From contig JAKMXF010000055.1 in the NCBI GenBank assembly GCA_024704765.1, forward strand, positions 566,353-630,352: a DNA stretch of 64,000 nt. The letters are read 5' to 3'. Under the pieces are notes generated by a model. The model saw only the letters and a program-made list of their open reading frames with translations. It made no database searches and was not told the DNA's origin. Shown in pieces: positions 35,313-48,189 of this stretch. The stretch is from Oopsacas minuta. Its lineage: Eukaryota > Animalia > Porifera. A program made the translations under genes and the position numbers. Position 1 is the stretch's first letter; every line of letters starts with the position of its first letter.

Positions 35313-36949
35313 CTAAAAAAAACATAGTCAAGGAATAAACGGTTAATATAGGGCATTTAGGCGAAACACAATTTCACATTAGCAATAGATTCTAAAATTG
35401 CATGGGTAGGGAATCGAATTATAAGATGTAGTAATTGAAATCTAGGAAAATTAAACAACTTGAATAGGCAATTACTTGTGGAATATACAACGTGATGCAC
35501 TAAGGACCTTTGAACATTATTATTTGCAATACAAATCATGAGATAGAATGTCCAGTAATTATTTTCGACATTTAACTACTTGAGCGGAATGATTTGGGGC
35601 TTAACAAAATTGGGTTAACTCATTTTAGCGAGTGTTCTAGTGTAGCGACTATCTATTTCGCGAAAATGCAAACTGGCATATACAAATAGGACACTACAAT
35701 CACCTTAATGAAATATGTTTGAAATCAGCGAAATGATGAGAAAATAACAACATAAATTTCACAAAATAATGAAACTTAAGACAGCAAAATGTTTAAACGG
35801 TAAATAATTTGTATGTAAATCTATGGGGATGGGGGATCTAACTATACTCATGAAAATTCTTGAGTCCGATATTTGTGTTGACTTCATTGTTGCTGGTATA
35901 CTAGATTCCATTGCAATCTAGAGCAGAACACTGCGCATGCTTTTAGTAGCACGTGCAATAAGTTCATCAAATCTACACGAATTGTCCTCATAGTCTCACC
36001 ATTCATGATTTTTCGTAATTGCATAACTTGATGCCATAAATTGGAATTTTAAAAGATATACTAAAATATAGTACAACAAATAATATATGGAGGCACATTA
36101 TTTGGCAACAAAAATTAATTATTTTAGCAACATAATTCAATGTTTCTGTGAAATAAACTTGTAAGTCAAATATTATGCAGTAGAATTTCAATTTTTATGG
36201 CAAATGAATTCAACTTTCGGAGAAAATAATTCTGTGAAAATTATTATGGTAAACACAAGATTTGTTTCGCACCAATTAAAACTTAAACATTTCGCCGGAA
36301 TAATTATTAGAGTCATCTATATGACTCAAAAGGCTGACCACAATGAAATTCGACAACTATATCCAATTCCAAAAAGGAAGATGCAATAGGGAGAAATAAT
36401 TATTACAAAAACAACTGAGGAAGCACGATAAATTAATCAAAACTCTAACTAAGATGTCAAGAAGGAGAACAAAGCAGAGCATGTAGGGTAATATTACAAG
36501 ATCAGCCGTCTTCATGCTCAGATTGCTGAAAAATGGTAAAAATAGAGAGTTATGATTCCGAATATACGTTTACACATTTGGACACCGGGAGCAGGACGAA
36601 TGTATACAAGAACTAGAATCAAATAATGACGATTCTAATGAAAAGTTCAGAAATACTGAATTTAAACCAATTTAAACTATGTAGGAAAGTATTTTACATT
36701 ATGTTAAGTAATAGATCAGATCTAACATTCGTATTGGAAATACGATTAAGATCCGAAATTATAAACATAATAATAAATCAATACTGTGAATATCCATGTG
36801 GAAGATTCTCGCTAAGCCATTTCTTACAAGGTATTAAATACCAAGATCCATTAGAAGTGTTTGTTCAACAAAGGCCTAAAAAAAATTTAAAGGAAGAAGG
36901 TGAACCATTCCGAATACATAATTCTGCACATGAATATGTTGAGAATATA

Positions 36950-38350
36950 CTGGTTCTCGAGAATTTCATAAGTTCAGATACAACATATATTGAACTAATA
37001 ACGATTGAGCACTTTAGCGTGCGAGAATGCAAATAACTTTAACCATTGTTCTATTACTTTATATGAAATTTACATCATATATCTTCAAGTTCAGTAGACT
37101 GCCAATTAGTCTAAAACTAGCTGGCAATCAACTTGGTGATGCATTGTTATTAAAAGCTTGAAACAACGAAAAGAGTATTGTGAATTTTCCGATCAATGGA
37201 TGAAGAACTATACAAATAGTGTTAGATAAAATGAAAAGAGACCGTTATTTGCAGCACATTACATGAAAAATTGGGTGAAAATCCTTTGGAGAGACACAAA
37301 TAAAATATGAAAATTTTCGATTGCATATATATTGGTGCAATAGAAAATATTTTCATTGGTAGTTTAAATCATTTTATGGAGTTATGCCCCTACCTCTGTC
37401 TGTCCTTAGAAAACCGTATTTTTTCGTTGATTAGCAATTTATATGCTAAAGCTCAGTCATCGGTCTATTTTTGAGTACGATTAACCGATACTTACTCTAA
37501 TATTTAGCTATAAGTCTGTTTGAATGGAATATTGTACCAGTATATTGTGATTCCAATGATCTTTGTCGACAATAGTACAAGTGTTTCATTCGACACAAGA
37601 CATGAGCTAATAATGAATTTCACGGATGTGAGGTCACTTAAATCACTTTCTATCACCTAACTAGATGGATTTAGGGGTAGACACAAGATTCCTAACATTG
37701 TCAACATTGCTAATGAAATATGGTAAATATTCTGTGGACGTTGGACAGAATAATTTTGGTCCCTTTCAAACATCAACAATTTTCTTCAACAGTTCATTAC
37801 AATGTTACATTTATATTTTATACTAATATTATGTTACTTCAAGATTCTAATACACATACATGGTGAAATATTATTCAATTACTATATGAAGATACTATAA
37901 AGTAATTTCAAAATGCAAGTTTCCTTAATTACGAAACTTCTAATAGACTGCGAGATTATTTCTAGAATCTCCTATTACCGGTTTAATATCTATTTGTGGT
38001 GGCAATATCATAAACTATGAAGCAATTTCATTTTGCATGCACTTTCCAGGTAGATTACCTATAGCTCAAAGGCCTATAATCTCATTATGGTCGTGTGACA
38101 TACATAAAACTCCTTACAACTTATTCAATTTTTAAAGATCATTGACTATGTCATAATGCATGGAACATAACTAAATTTAGAATTATAAATAGTATGCATC
38201 AACGTTATTGTTAGAAAGTGCGCTAAATCCAATATTCGGCTATACTACTCATTATGTCTTCATTTCATCAGCAAGCTGTTTGTCGAATATGCTCATCCAA
38301 AATCTGGGTTCACCAATCAATAGATATTACCAAATATTCATCAATTATCT
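36950..38350 (-). pseudogene. Decayed P-element-like transposase fragment; boundaries approximate
   Basis: 37100-37900 is homologous (roughly 80% by eye over 37520-37710) to the reverse complement of 42900-43520, which carries clear P-type motifs. Confidence 0.55.
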
Positions 38351-39099
38351 AATTGTGGTATGATACTGACATCGGTTATGTAGCACAAATTCTCCACATA
38401 TTATTCCTTTCTTTCCAACAGCACTGTGCAAATCATGTATTTCAGATCTTGACAAGCTTGAAGTTGGAACTAAGAAGGTTAAACCAACTGGTATTCTCCT
38501 CGATATCTCCCCAACATTGATAACAAGGTGGCATCATCCGAACAATTGTCTTGTTTGTAAAATATTGAAGGGTCAAAAGGGAATTAAAAGGAAAGCAAAC
38601 CCCATAGCAAGTTCAATATTTCCAGCGAAATTGCAACCATCCAGTTTGCAAAGAAATAAACCTAGAAAGTGTCAGAAGTGTTTGTCAGCCTATACAGTTC
38701 ATATTTACAATAAACGTAATTCAGTGCAAAATTTTATAATTAAATTGGAAAGAAAAGGACTCTGTGAAGGAGTGGTGTCAAATATGCTTCGCACATGAGC
38801 ATCATCCACCATGTAAACGCAATTGCACTATTTGGATAAGGAAAGATGCCGCTGAGTAAAATTACTGAATTATAGCGAGGTTCCCAAATCCAATATCATA
38901 CTCAAAATGAAATATTAGACCTTCAACGCAACCTCATTTGTGAAATGATGAACTACATACAGTCTGTTACATATTTATTTAGAATTGTTACTTATGCCGA
39001 AAATTATTAGAGTTACAGTATACATTGCCATATATACCCCAAATTGAGAGTGAAGTAATAGATCTTAATAATTATTAGAATACCCGTTGCCCTCTACTA

Positions 39100-40030
39100 C
39101 TAGTCGGCATCTTCTGGGCATTGATTCCCAGTAAGCTTTAAGAAAATCTGGTTGAGTACGATTCCAGACCGCTTCTAAATTGAGTTTCAGTTCTGGAATT
39201 GTCCTTGGGCCTAGCTTAAGTATCTCTCGCTTTACCCATGCGAATAAACTTTAATGGAGTTAAGATCTGGACTTTGTGAAGGTCATGGAATCTGATTTGG
39301 TACATTTTGTGCCAACCAGGTGCGAACATTTTGCGAGGTGGGTTTTGGAGCATTATCCATCGCCAATCGCTAATGGCTTTCATGATATACCTGTGCCTGA
39401 GTTATCAAATATCCTTCCATTATATCTAAAAACATTCCACTGTTCATATTGTTAGTGAAAACGCACAATGGGAATGCACCCATAGATGAGAATGCATCCC
39501 ACACGTGTATCTTTGGGACATGCTTCGTTGTTGGGGCGATCCTTTTTTTGTTGGATTTTGTCCACATGCATAATCTTCCCCTTGAGAGCCAGATTGACAT
39601 CTCGTCAAGAAATATTGTTTGGGCCATTGTTTCTTCGAGTAGTTGTACTTTTTTGCCCATTCTATCCTGTACATGCGATTTTTTCACTCAGCATAGGGAT
39701 CTGAACAGGGTAAGGTTTGTTGTAAGATTTGTCCTTCAACACTCTCCGGACAGTCTGATAGGAAGCCTTATTACCTGTATGACTTGTTAATGTTCGTAAA
39801 GAGAGGTAAGGTTTGCATCGTACCCGGTGAAGAATAGACAATTTGATAGAAGATCGCAAGTTATTGGGTCTCCTTGCGCCCTCTTGGTGAGATAACGATA
39901 CACCTTCATCTAATCGGCGTTTAAATTGTAAACTGTAGCTAAGGAAATTCCACAATTAACAGAGATTTCCTTGGCCAAAAGCTTCCCGGATTATAGAAGT
40001 GTCTTCACAATTTCCCTCTTCTCGTATTGA
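39100..40030 (-). mobile_element. Tc1-like transposase relic; TIRs not resolved
   Basis: HTH region (YQTVRRVL), IFLDEMSI, KIHVWDAFSSMG, LAMDNAPKPTS and PSQSPDLNSI. Confidence 0.8.
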
Positions 40031-40515
40031 GTCATTTTCAGAGCTGATTGTCAAGTAGGGAAGTAATTAAGGTAAATAATAGTAATGGAAGTCAAAATGA
40101 ATATTACATGAAGTCATAATTAATATTAAGAGTAAAATTTCCGGAAAAACTAAGATAATCACTTGATTCAAGGAATTTTAGCAAATTATATCATCAAGCC
40201 ATTATGGGCAGCGAAACACAAGTAGCCTGAGTGAAGTAAGACAAAGTACTGAGGTTTTGTAACAAAACATCTCCATTCTAAATAATTATGTAACAGACTG
40301 TAGCATCTGTCAATTTATAAAACGCAAAGGGCTAAGTACAGAAAAAACTCAAATTACACAAGTCTTGAAAAACAGATGTAATTGCTCTTTTCAAATTAGC
40401 TATCGTCGAACTCGAAGACAACAATTGTGACAAATCTTCACCTGAAGTGATCTATTGTAACAATATTGATCAGCCTTTGAAACGAGTGGAAGAAATTCGT
40501 GAAAAAAAACATCTT

Positions 40516-40560
40516 CCCATCCTGGCGTAATCGTTATGGTACCGATCACGCCAGGATGGG
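40516..40560. repeat. GC-rich 45-bp hairpin
   Basis: CCCATCCTGGCGTAATCG - TTATGGTAC - CGATCACGCCAGGATGGG; 18-bp arms with one mismatch. Confidence 0.85.
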
Positions 40561-41520
40561 TTGAAAGTTGTTCTCAGTCCTATACACGCTATACAATATG
40601 TTGATAGTATTAAGGGTGCTCTACTAGTTGCAGTAGCGAACTGTAATATTCAACAGATTATCGGACTTCTAGATGTAACCTTAAGTCACCATACTCATGT
40701 TACAACATGTGATTTAAAGGTCTTATGTCAAATTCGAGGAATCAAAGACGGAAATGCTCGTTATCCTTGTCTATATTGTCTGTATAACAAAGTGAGTGGT
40801 GAACCTGGAATTTGCGAACTGGTAGCCAGTTTAATGAAATGTAGACTAAATTCAATGAATTGCATAAATGCGCTCTGCAGTTTGCTAAGAAAGCGGTGGA
40901 AATTACAGACCCACTTTTTCTAAACTTAGAGAATCCATCACATTCCTTTCTTTTTAGGCTGTACATGGTAGTCTTGGTCTTCGGGAAAAACTGTTGTACA
41001 GAATACCTATGAAGCTCTTAGGAAAAGAGGAACATACAAGGTTGGACAGTCATTTATCATTCCTTTTGTAGGGACAAAACAACAATATCATGGAAATCAT
41101 ATATTGGTAACAAATAAAGTTCATTGACAGTTTTAGTCAACTAGATCTTTGTGGATTTCCTTCCTTGAACCTCTGATACCTGTTTTAGTGTCGGCAAGTA
41201 ACCGAATCCACGAAGTATTTGGCAAAATACTTGGCAATTGTGAAATTGGTGTTGAGCGGGAATTGGAAGAGATGCGCTACGAAATCATATTCTATAATGC
41301 TCTTAATTAGCGCAGATAATCTAACACCTAGTACAAAACTCCATATACTGCTGACCCATTTAGTATAATTCTTATTGCTTGTGAAACTGGTCGTCCAGAT
41401 TCACAACCTTTTGGTTACGGATATCTCGAAGAATCAGTACATGAATCGTCTATTCACAAATTTAAGGAACACATAATCCGTTACAACGGCGTTAACATTC
41501 AGTTAAGAAGTGAGTTCAAT
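40561..41520 (+). pseudogene. Decayed DDE transposase of the Chapaev/Transib-like type, family unassigned
   Basis: TCDLKVLCQIRGIKDGNARYPCLYC (second Asp followed by CxxC), then TKLHILLTH and GYGYLEESVHESSIHKF (HxxxxH, then a Glu motif). Confidence 0.5.
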
Positions 41521-41994
41521 GCACAGAGTATTGGATATTTGATAGAAAACATGGAGAAAGATAACCTCGCAGTATAATAAAATTTAGAAATTACAGAAAC
41601 TCGCATTTTGAAAATTACAACCGGCGTTCAAAAAGTTCCCGAGGCTACTTCAGATTTTGTACCTATACAGAATATACATGTACAAATGCTACATTTTCTC
41701 GAAAAAATGACCAATAACGTCCATACTCGTTGTAGACGATCTAGCCCATTAAAAATACATATTATAGCCTCCAAGTGGTATTTCTCTTAGGATCTACAAA
41801 TTGTGTCCTCCAGGTCGATTCTGATATCAAAATGCCTGCTTGCAGGGATGCATTTTCAACTTTGCAAAGACCCAGAAATCACAAGAAGCGAAGTCAGGTG
41901 AGTAGGGTGAGTAATCTAGATCATCAACTCTCATTCTATCCAACTCTGACTTTATGAGTTTATATTTATCTGGCCATGTATTGTCGTGAAATAA

Positions 41995-42884
41995 TCACAT
42001 GTCCTGCGGTCCAGACATTGACTTCCGCTCCCTGTAATCTTTCTCTACTTCTGGACGGCAACTGTTGGCATAAAAGTCCCAGGTAATTATCTTCCCCTTT
42101 GGAAATATAATCTGAGCAACTGGGTCATATCTACCAAAGAAAATTGAGTACAGGAACTTAAGATCTCTGAAGTCATGCATAGGATTGAGAGGAAGCGCCA
42201 CATATTTTACGACCCGTACCATATTTCTTTCTTTGGATAGTGGCTCGTCGTATCTTATCCACGTCTCGTCATTAGTAATGATTTCTGCCAGCCATCTTTG
42301 ATCCAAGTCTATATTCGAAGAGCATTTCTTGCACAAGTTACCCGACGGTCCTTTTGGTCATTTGTAAGGGAATGCGAGATCCTCCTAGAACAAATTTTGC
42401 TAACTTTCAGCCCATCGATAAGTATGGAATGAACAGCTCCCGTTGAGATTCCTACACTCATAGCTAACTCCCCCACAGTGATATGAGGATCTTCTTCCAC
42501 TTTCCAGCGAATTTCTGAGGTGTTACTGCTAGTTGTGGCGGATCTGGGACGCCCGATTCGTTCCCCATCTTCCAGCGACTTTCGTCCTTCTTGAAACCGT
42601 TTGCCCACTCCTTACCTGTAGTATATGAAAGGCTAGCATCTCCATAAACGAATTCCAAGGCAATGAGAATATCCTTCTGGCCAACACCAAGAAGCCTTCG
42701 AATTTTGATATAGGATATTTGCTCAATTTTCATATTAAAGCAATAAATACTGAAAAATACAAAGATAGTCAAAAACTGAGAAATTTGAAATAATCGTAAC
42801 TGGAAATCTATCGACGATATGGTGAAAGTTAAAGGTACAGGATAGATATGAAATAAGGTTCATTATGAATACAGATAAGTGATA
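41995..42884 (-). mobile_element. Mariner transposon, 5' two-thirds, frameshifted
   Basis: RFQEGRKSLEDGERIGRP, ISTGAVHSIL, RRISHSLT and ITNDETWIRYDEP. The C-terminal part is missing and the 5' boundary is approximate. Confidence 0.85.
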
Positions 42885-42899
42885 TAATATCCTAAATCT

Positions 42900-44200
42900 T
42901 CAATTCTACGGCCAAAGTCAAGAACCTTTTGATGCCCGCTCTACTATGTAGAATATTCATATAGTAATTGAGTAAGCATTCATGGTGCAAGTGTATCAGA
43001 AATTTAAAGTAACATAATATTAGTATAAAATAATTGTAAAGGAAGAGTCGAAGTGAGTTGCTCAATACAAAAAGTGGGCCAAAAGTTATTTTGTTCAACA
43101 TACACAGAATATCCCTCACATTTCATCAATCAACCTTCACAATGTTAGGAATCTTGTGTGTACCCGTAGGTCCATCTAGTTAGGTGCTAGAAAGTGTCTT
43201 AAGCCACCTCTACACCCGGCAAATTCATTATTTACCCATGTTTTGTGTCGAATGAAACACTTGTACTATTGTGGACAAAAATCATTGGAATTCCAATATA
43301 CTGGCAAAATATTCCATCTCCTGGATTACTTAATCTAAATCAAAATTGGTTGCCCTCTTTCAATTCGAAGGAACGTCATCACTCTCTTCGTCAAGATAAC
43401 GCCTTAATTCAAATTACTCTAACAGAGTCCCTTTGTTCATTCAGTAATTTGCTAATGACTTCGAAGGATTCGGGAAAATTTGGATTGTCTAAGCAAACCT
43501 TCAAAGCCTTAATACAGATCAACCATGCCATCTCTGAATTATCTCTTGACTTACTAGCAAGGCTATAATTATGTATTAACTGGTCGTTTGCAAAGTGATC
43601 TACTTGAGAGGAGGATTTTCATTATCGAAAACTGAGTGGTGGACGCTCCTTGGTCGGAGCTGATGAGATCCTAATCAATAATTAAGTTGAAACCACTCCT
43701 AAAGCGAAATATTAACATCATTACTTTGCAAGGAACACGCTCATTAATAATTACGATAGTTAAATACAGAGCGATGTTTATCAACAAGTAGTCGTTTACA
43801 TCACAAGGTATACGTATATCTTTTAAGCTATAAGAACATACTCACTATCCTGCCTGTTTGAGCTCCTTGAATAACAAAATATTTCCTCTGTGTATGTTAG
43901 CAACTTAAATGAAGGTGCTTTAACTCTAGCCTGTACTCATTACATCACTATGTAGTGGTACATTTTGTTTACTTGCTGTTTCGGAGAAAGAAATTAGAAT
44001 TTCCGGATATCCTTGGAAATCACTAGCACATATACTACTCAGTATAGAATCAGTTGAATGGGATTCTAGCTTTACTTGCGTAGATCACGGGGAAAGTCAA
44101 AAGAAATTGTTAATAAACGCGTTTCCAACATCTACAGTATGTGGAAACGTATCCACATTTGAATTTGTAAATGAAAAGTGCATTACAAATTTGGAGCCCT
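42900..44200 (+). pseudogene. C-terminal half of a P-element-like (THAP9-type) transposase
   Basis: GLSKQTFKALIQ, then after frameshifts GYNYVLTGRLQSDLLERR and HYRKLSGG, VVVYIT and EGALT. These match the P-type YVLxGxxQxDxLERxFxxYRQxSG signature. Confidence 0.75.
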
Positions 44201-44487
44201 TGTAAATAGAACACATTCATTTACAGTACCACGCGCCGTGGTAATAACAATAGGGTAAGCAGTTATGAAGATGTCTTCTATTTGTAGTTTAAATTGCAAA
44301 TTTCCTGGATTTTCGAGGAAATCAACAGCATCGTGAAATTTCTTAATTCTGTACTTTCCTCGTAGATAGACAATTGATCTGGTTGTGAGGCGCGAACTTT
44401 TGGAAGTACACTTCAATTAGTAAGGAAATAGCGTAGCAAATAGGAATTCAGGGTGGATAGATAGCAGGAATTGGATTGATGTATATT

Positions 44488-47000
44488 TCAATCATGAAAA
44501 TAGTGGGGGGTACTTTGCAAGAATATATCATAGAAAAGAAGTGAGCAAATGAAGGTATTTACAGTTATATCAAAGTCTAAGGGTCTGTTAAGAAAACGTA
44601 ACCATATAGCAGACAGCCCTTTGTCCTGAGGAAGCGTATAGCAAGGGTTATTGGGTCCATTCTTATAGCCAGAGTTGCAACCAACAACAGAACAATTACA
44701 CAACTCAACAAGATTTCTCATCAGAGATCATATACATTTATCTTAGCATACATTTGAATGCTGAACTCGAATCTGCAAACAGAATTTCTATAGCACGTCT
44801 AGTTATTCTGAAATACAATATCCATTTTTTCAATAGTTAGTATTGCCTAGGTACTAAATTGCAATATGAGCATGCCTATTTTGATTCAATTATCTGGAAT
44901 ATAAATGACTTTACTTATTTGAATTCAAGCAAATCAAATTATAAACATGCATCGTAATTGTAGAACTCATCCCGACAATTTCTGTTACGTTTGTGGTCTT
45001 TTTTGCGTAAAATCACAAAGACGTCCAATCACAAATCAATTAAAGAACATATACAAATTGTACTTCGAATGTCCACTTGGTGACCAAGACAAGTCGTGGG
45101 CACCACATGTTATATGCACTTCTTGTTCAAGTGGACTACATGATTGGTTGAACAAAAGGAAAGTTTCAATGCCATTTGCAACACCCATGGTCTGGAGGGA
45201 ACAGAAAAATCACCTAGATGATTGTTACTTTGCCTTATCGACATTACAGGATTCTCAGCCAAGAATAAGCACGCTCTTGTTTACCCAGACTTGGATTCTA
45301 CTCGCAGGCCAATTCCACACGACATCTCATTACCAATCCCAATTTTCAAGCCACAGCAAACTAAAATTGGGTCTGATATGGTGGAAGATGTTCATGCAGA
45401 TTCTACAGATGCTAATTATGTTCCGGAAGATGAATTACTAGAGCCACAAACATTTACACTGGGAGAATTGAATGACCTGGTCAGGGATCTAGACTTATCT
45501 AAAGACAAAGCTGAACTCTTTGCATCCAGGCTCAAACAGAAAACCTACTCGACAAAGATGTCCTGTATCCCACTATCGCAAGCGAAATTTCGATCTCGCT
45601 CAATACTACACCACTGATGGTCCAGTGTGCTATTGTAATGATATCGAAGGCTCTATGGAAACCTATTACAAGAACATTCTTCCTCTGATTGGCGTCTTTT
45701 CACCGACTCGTCAAAACGCAGTTTGAAAGCTGTTCTGTTGCATAACGGAAATCTAAAAAGCCTGGCGTTCCAATTGTTCACTCCGTCTATCTCAAAGATA
45801 CCTTCGCCAATTTGGAGGAAGTTTTGGAAGCAACACAGTATAGAACACATATATGGAATATCTGCTGTGATCTTAAGATAATCGGGCTATTGATGGGCTT
45901 GCAACAAGGTTTTACAATGTATTGTTGTTTCCTATGTCTCTGGGACAGCCGAGCAACTGGTGAACATTATAAAAAATGTGATGGGCCGAAGAGAACCTAT
46001 GAAGTGGGGAAAACCAATTTACAGCATTCGCCATTGGTAGATCCAAACAAAGTTTTCTTACTCCCACTTCATATTAAACTTGGATTAATGAAAACATTCG
46101 TTAAAACAATGGGCATAACATATTCCGCAGGATTTCTGCATTTGGTTGGCAAATTTCCGAAATTAAGCAAGGGCAAAGTTAAAAGAGGGAGTATTTGTCG
46201 GACCACAAATCAGATAAGTATTCAGAGATCCAGATTTCAAGAAGACATTATCCGAATTAGAAATGTGTGCTTGGAATTCTTTCAAATGGGTTTGTGAAAA
46301 GTTTTTGGGCAACAAGAAGTCGTCCAACTACAGAGAAGGAGTGGAAACCTTGCTTAACGCATACGAGAAGATGGACTGTCACATGCCGCTAAAACTTCAC
46401 TTCTTGCACTCTCACCTTGATTTTTTCCCTGAGAACCTTGGTGCTGTAAGTGATGAACCGGGTGAGAGATTCCACCAAGACATACAGGAGATGGAAACCC
46501 GATACCAAGGTTTCTGGAATGAGGGCATGATGTCCGATTACTGTTGGTGGCTCTTCAGAGATAATCCCAACAAGATATATTAAAGGAAGTCGTACTCTCT
46601 ACACTTTTAATTTAGTTAGCTACCTTTATACTTCTAGATGGATATGTATTTCCCTTTAGTTTGTGAGTAGTTGATACATGCATGAATGTGAATAATTATA
46701 CGTAAGAGCTAGGATAATAACTGATATTATCTTGGCATTAATCTAAAACATCGAAACGTTGATTAATTTCAGATGGCTATCATGTAAGAAGACAAAAAGA
46801 CAGCCACTACCCATAAAATAACAGGAAAAAATTAGGAAATACATAAAAATCGGTAACTTGTGGATGGAAACAATACTGAACGTGCTGGAAAGAATCTGAA
46901 AGCAGATTTGAATTCAGCGTAAAAACTAGCTTAGAAAATGTCAATCTAATACTTGAGGAGAAAATGAAGTTAAATTTTGTTGACCTGTGTTATTAGGCAT
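44488..47000 (-). pseudogene. THAP-domain ORF (probable P-type transposase 5' end) split by the Chapaev3 insertion
   Basis: Removing 44699-46989 and one TSD restores ATG CCT AAT AAT TGT, giving MPNNCSVVGCNSGY, then LPQD, WLRFLNR and FICSLLF: a THAP zinc finger whose final His is lost. Confidence 0.8.
44699..46989 (+). mobile_element. Chapaev3-type transposon, lineage A, copy 1 (2,291 bp), defective
   Basis: TTA|CACAACTCAACAAG at the left end and TTGTTGACCTGTG|TTA at the right, giving CAC/GTG termini and a 3-bp TTA TSD. Motifs CYVCG, GDQDKSWAPHVIC, CCDLKIIGLLMGLQQGFTMYCCFLCLWDSR, PLHIKLGLMK and LKLHFLHSHLDFFPENLGAVSDEPGERFHQDI. Confidence 0.9.
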
Positions 47001-48189
47001 CAATATTATGTTTTCATATTGAGAATTGAGTGCTAAATGATCAGGTTAGTCATAGGGATGTACGTGTAGGTAAACGTGGAATAAAGATTTCGAAATGTTT
47101 TATTATTCTGAAAAGATTTTATCTATTTTATAATTCATCAAATAATTATACTTGTGATTTGATATGAACAAATATCAAGCTAAGCCATAACGATGTTACA
47201 TGATCATGAAACTATTTTGATGAGTATTTACTAGCTTATATTAAGATTATCGAAGTGATTCCGTAGTATGTGGAAACCAATTTATAGTTGAATTTGTAAT
47301 GATAACTGCAATCCTTCACGATCAGACAGAACATAATCAGTGCACGGAATTTGCTGGCAATTCTTTGCTTAGCCAGCCGTGTATATAGTAAGACATGATC
47401 AGGAAATAGTTCAATTATTGTATAGGAACAAGATAGAAGCAAGAAGTACTTTGGATAGTGAGCAGTAATTTTTGGTTTCCTGTTACAACCTAGTTCGAAG
47501 ATACATTAGACTAAGGAAAAATTAGAAATTTGGAAAGGCGATTGAAGTAAAGAACTCTATAAATAGGGGATGTTTGGCGAGCGAATCCTGATAATCTCTC
47601 AATTCCCCATTGAAAATAGTAAATACCTTAGAACGAAAATAAATTCATGATAGCGATGTACATCTGTATTTCCAATTTTTCAACATAAATCTAATATTCA
47701 CAAACTTTACTTTAGAATACCAACTTATTACTGGAAATTTCAATGATTTGAGGATAATTTCTATATGACATGATTCATTGCCTACTTGTAGAGGTTCCCC
47801 ATGATAAGTCCCAGGAATAAACAACCTCCATTTCCATGTCAAAAGATAGATGTACTCACCGAGAGACATGGCCTAATAAATATACGACTAAATATGTCCC
47901 CGAGAAGGCCGACTGAAAATGTATCAAACAACATTTTTAGAAATACGTATAATGGAGCTTAAGATGTAATCATTATATATAGTAACATACAGTAGAGTCT
48001 CCGAAAACGGACACCTTGGTCACATGGCTTCTGTCCTTTGTAGAGAATTGTTCACTTCTCAGCGACTGCTCCATCTTTTTATAAAAAGCCTTAAAATTTT
48101 ATCATTTTGAATGCAGTTGTAGATGTAATAAAGTTGAAAAGTTATTGAAGAAGTCACAAGGTTCATTATACTGCGATAAGAATGAATAC

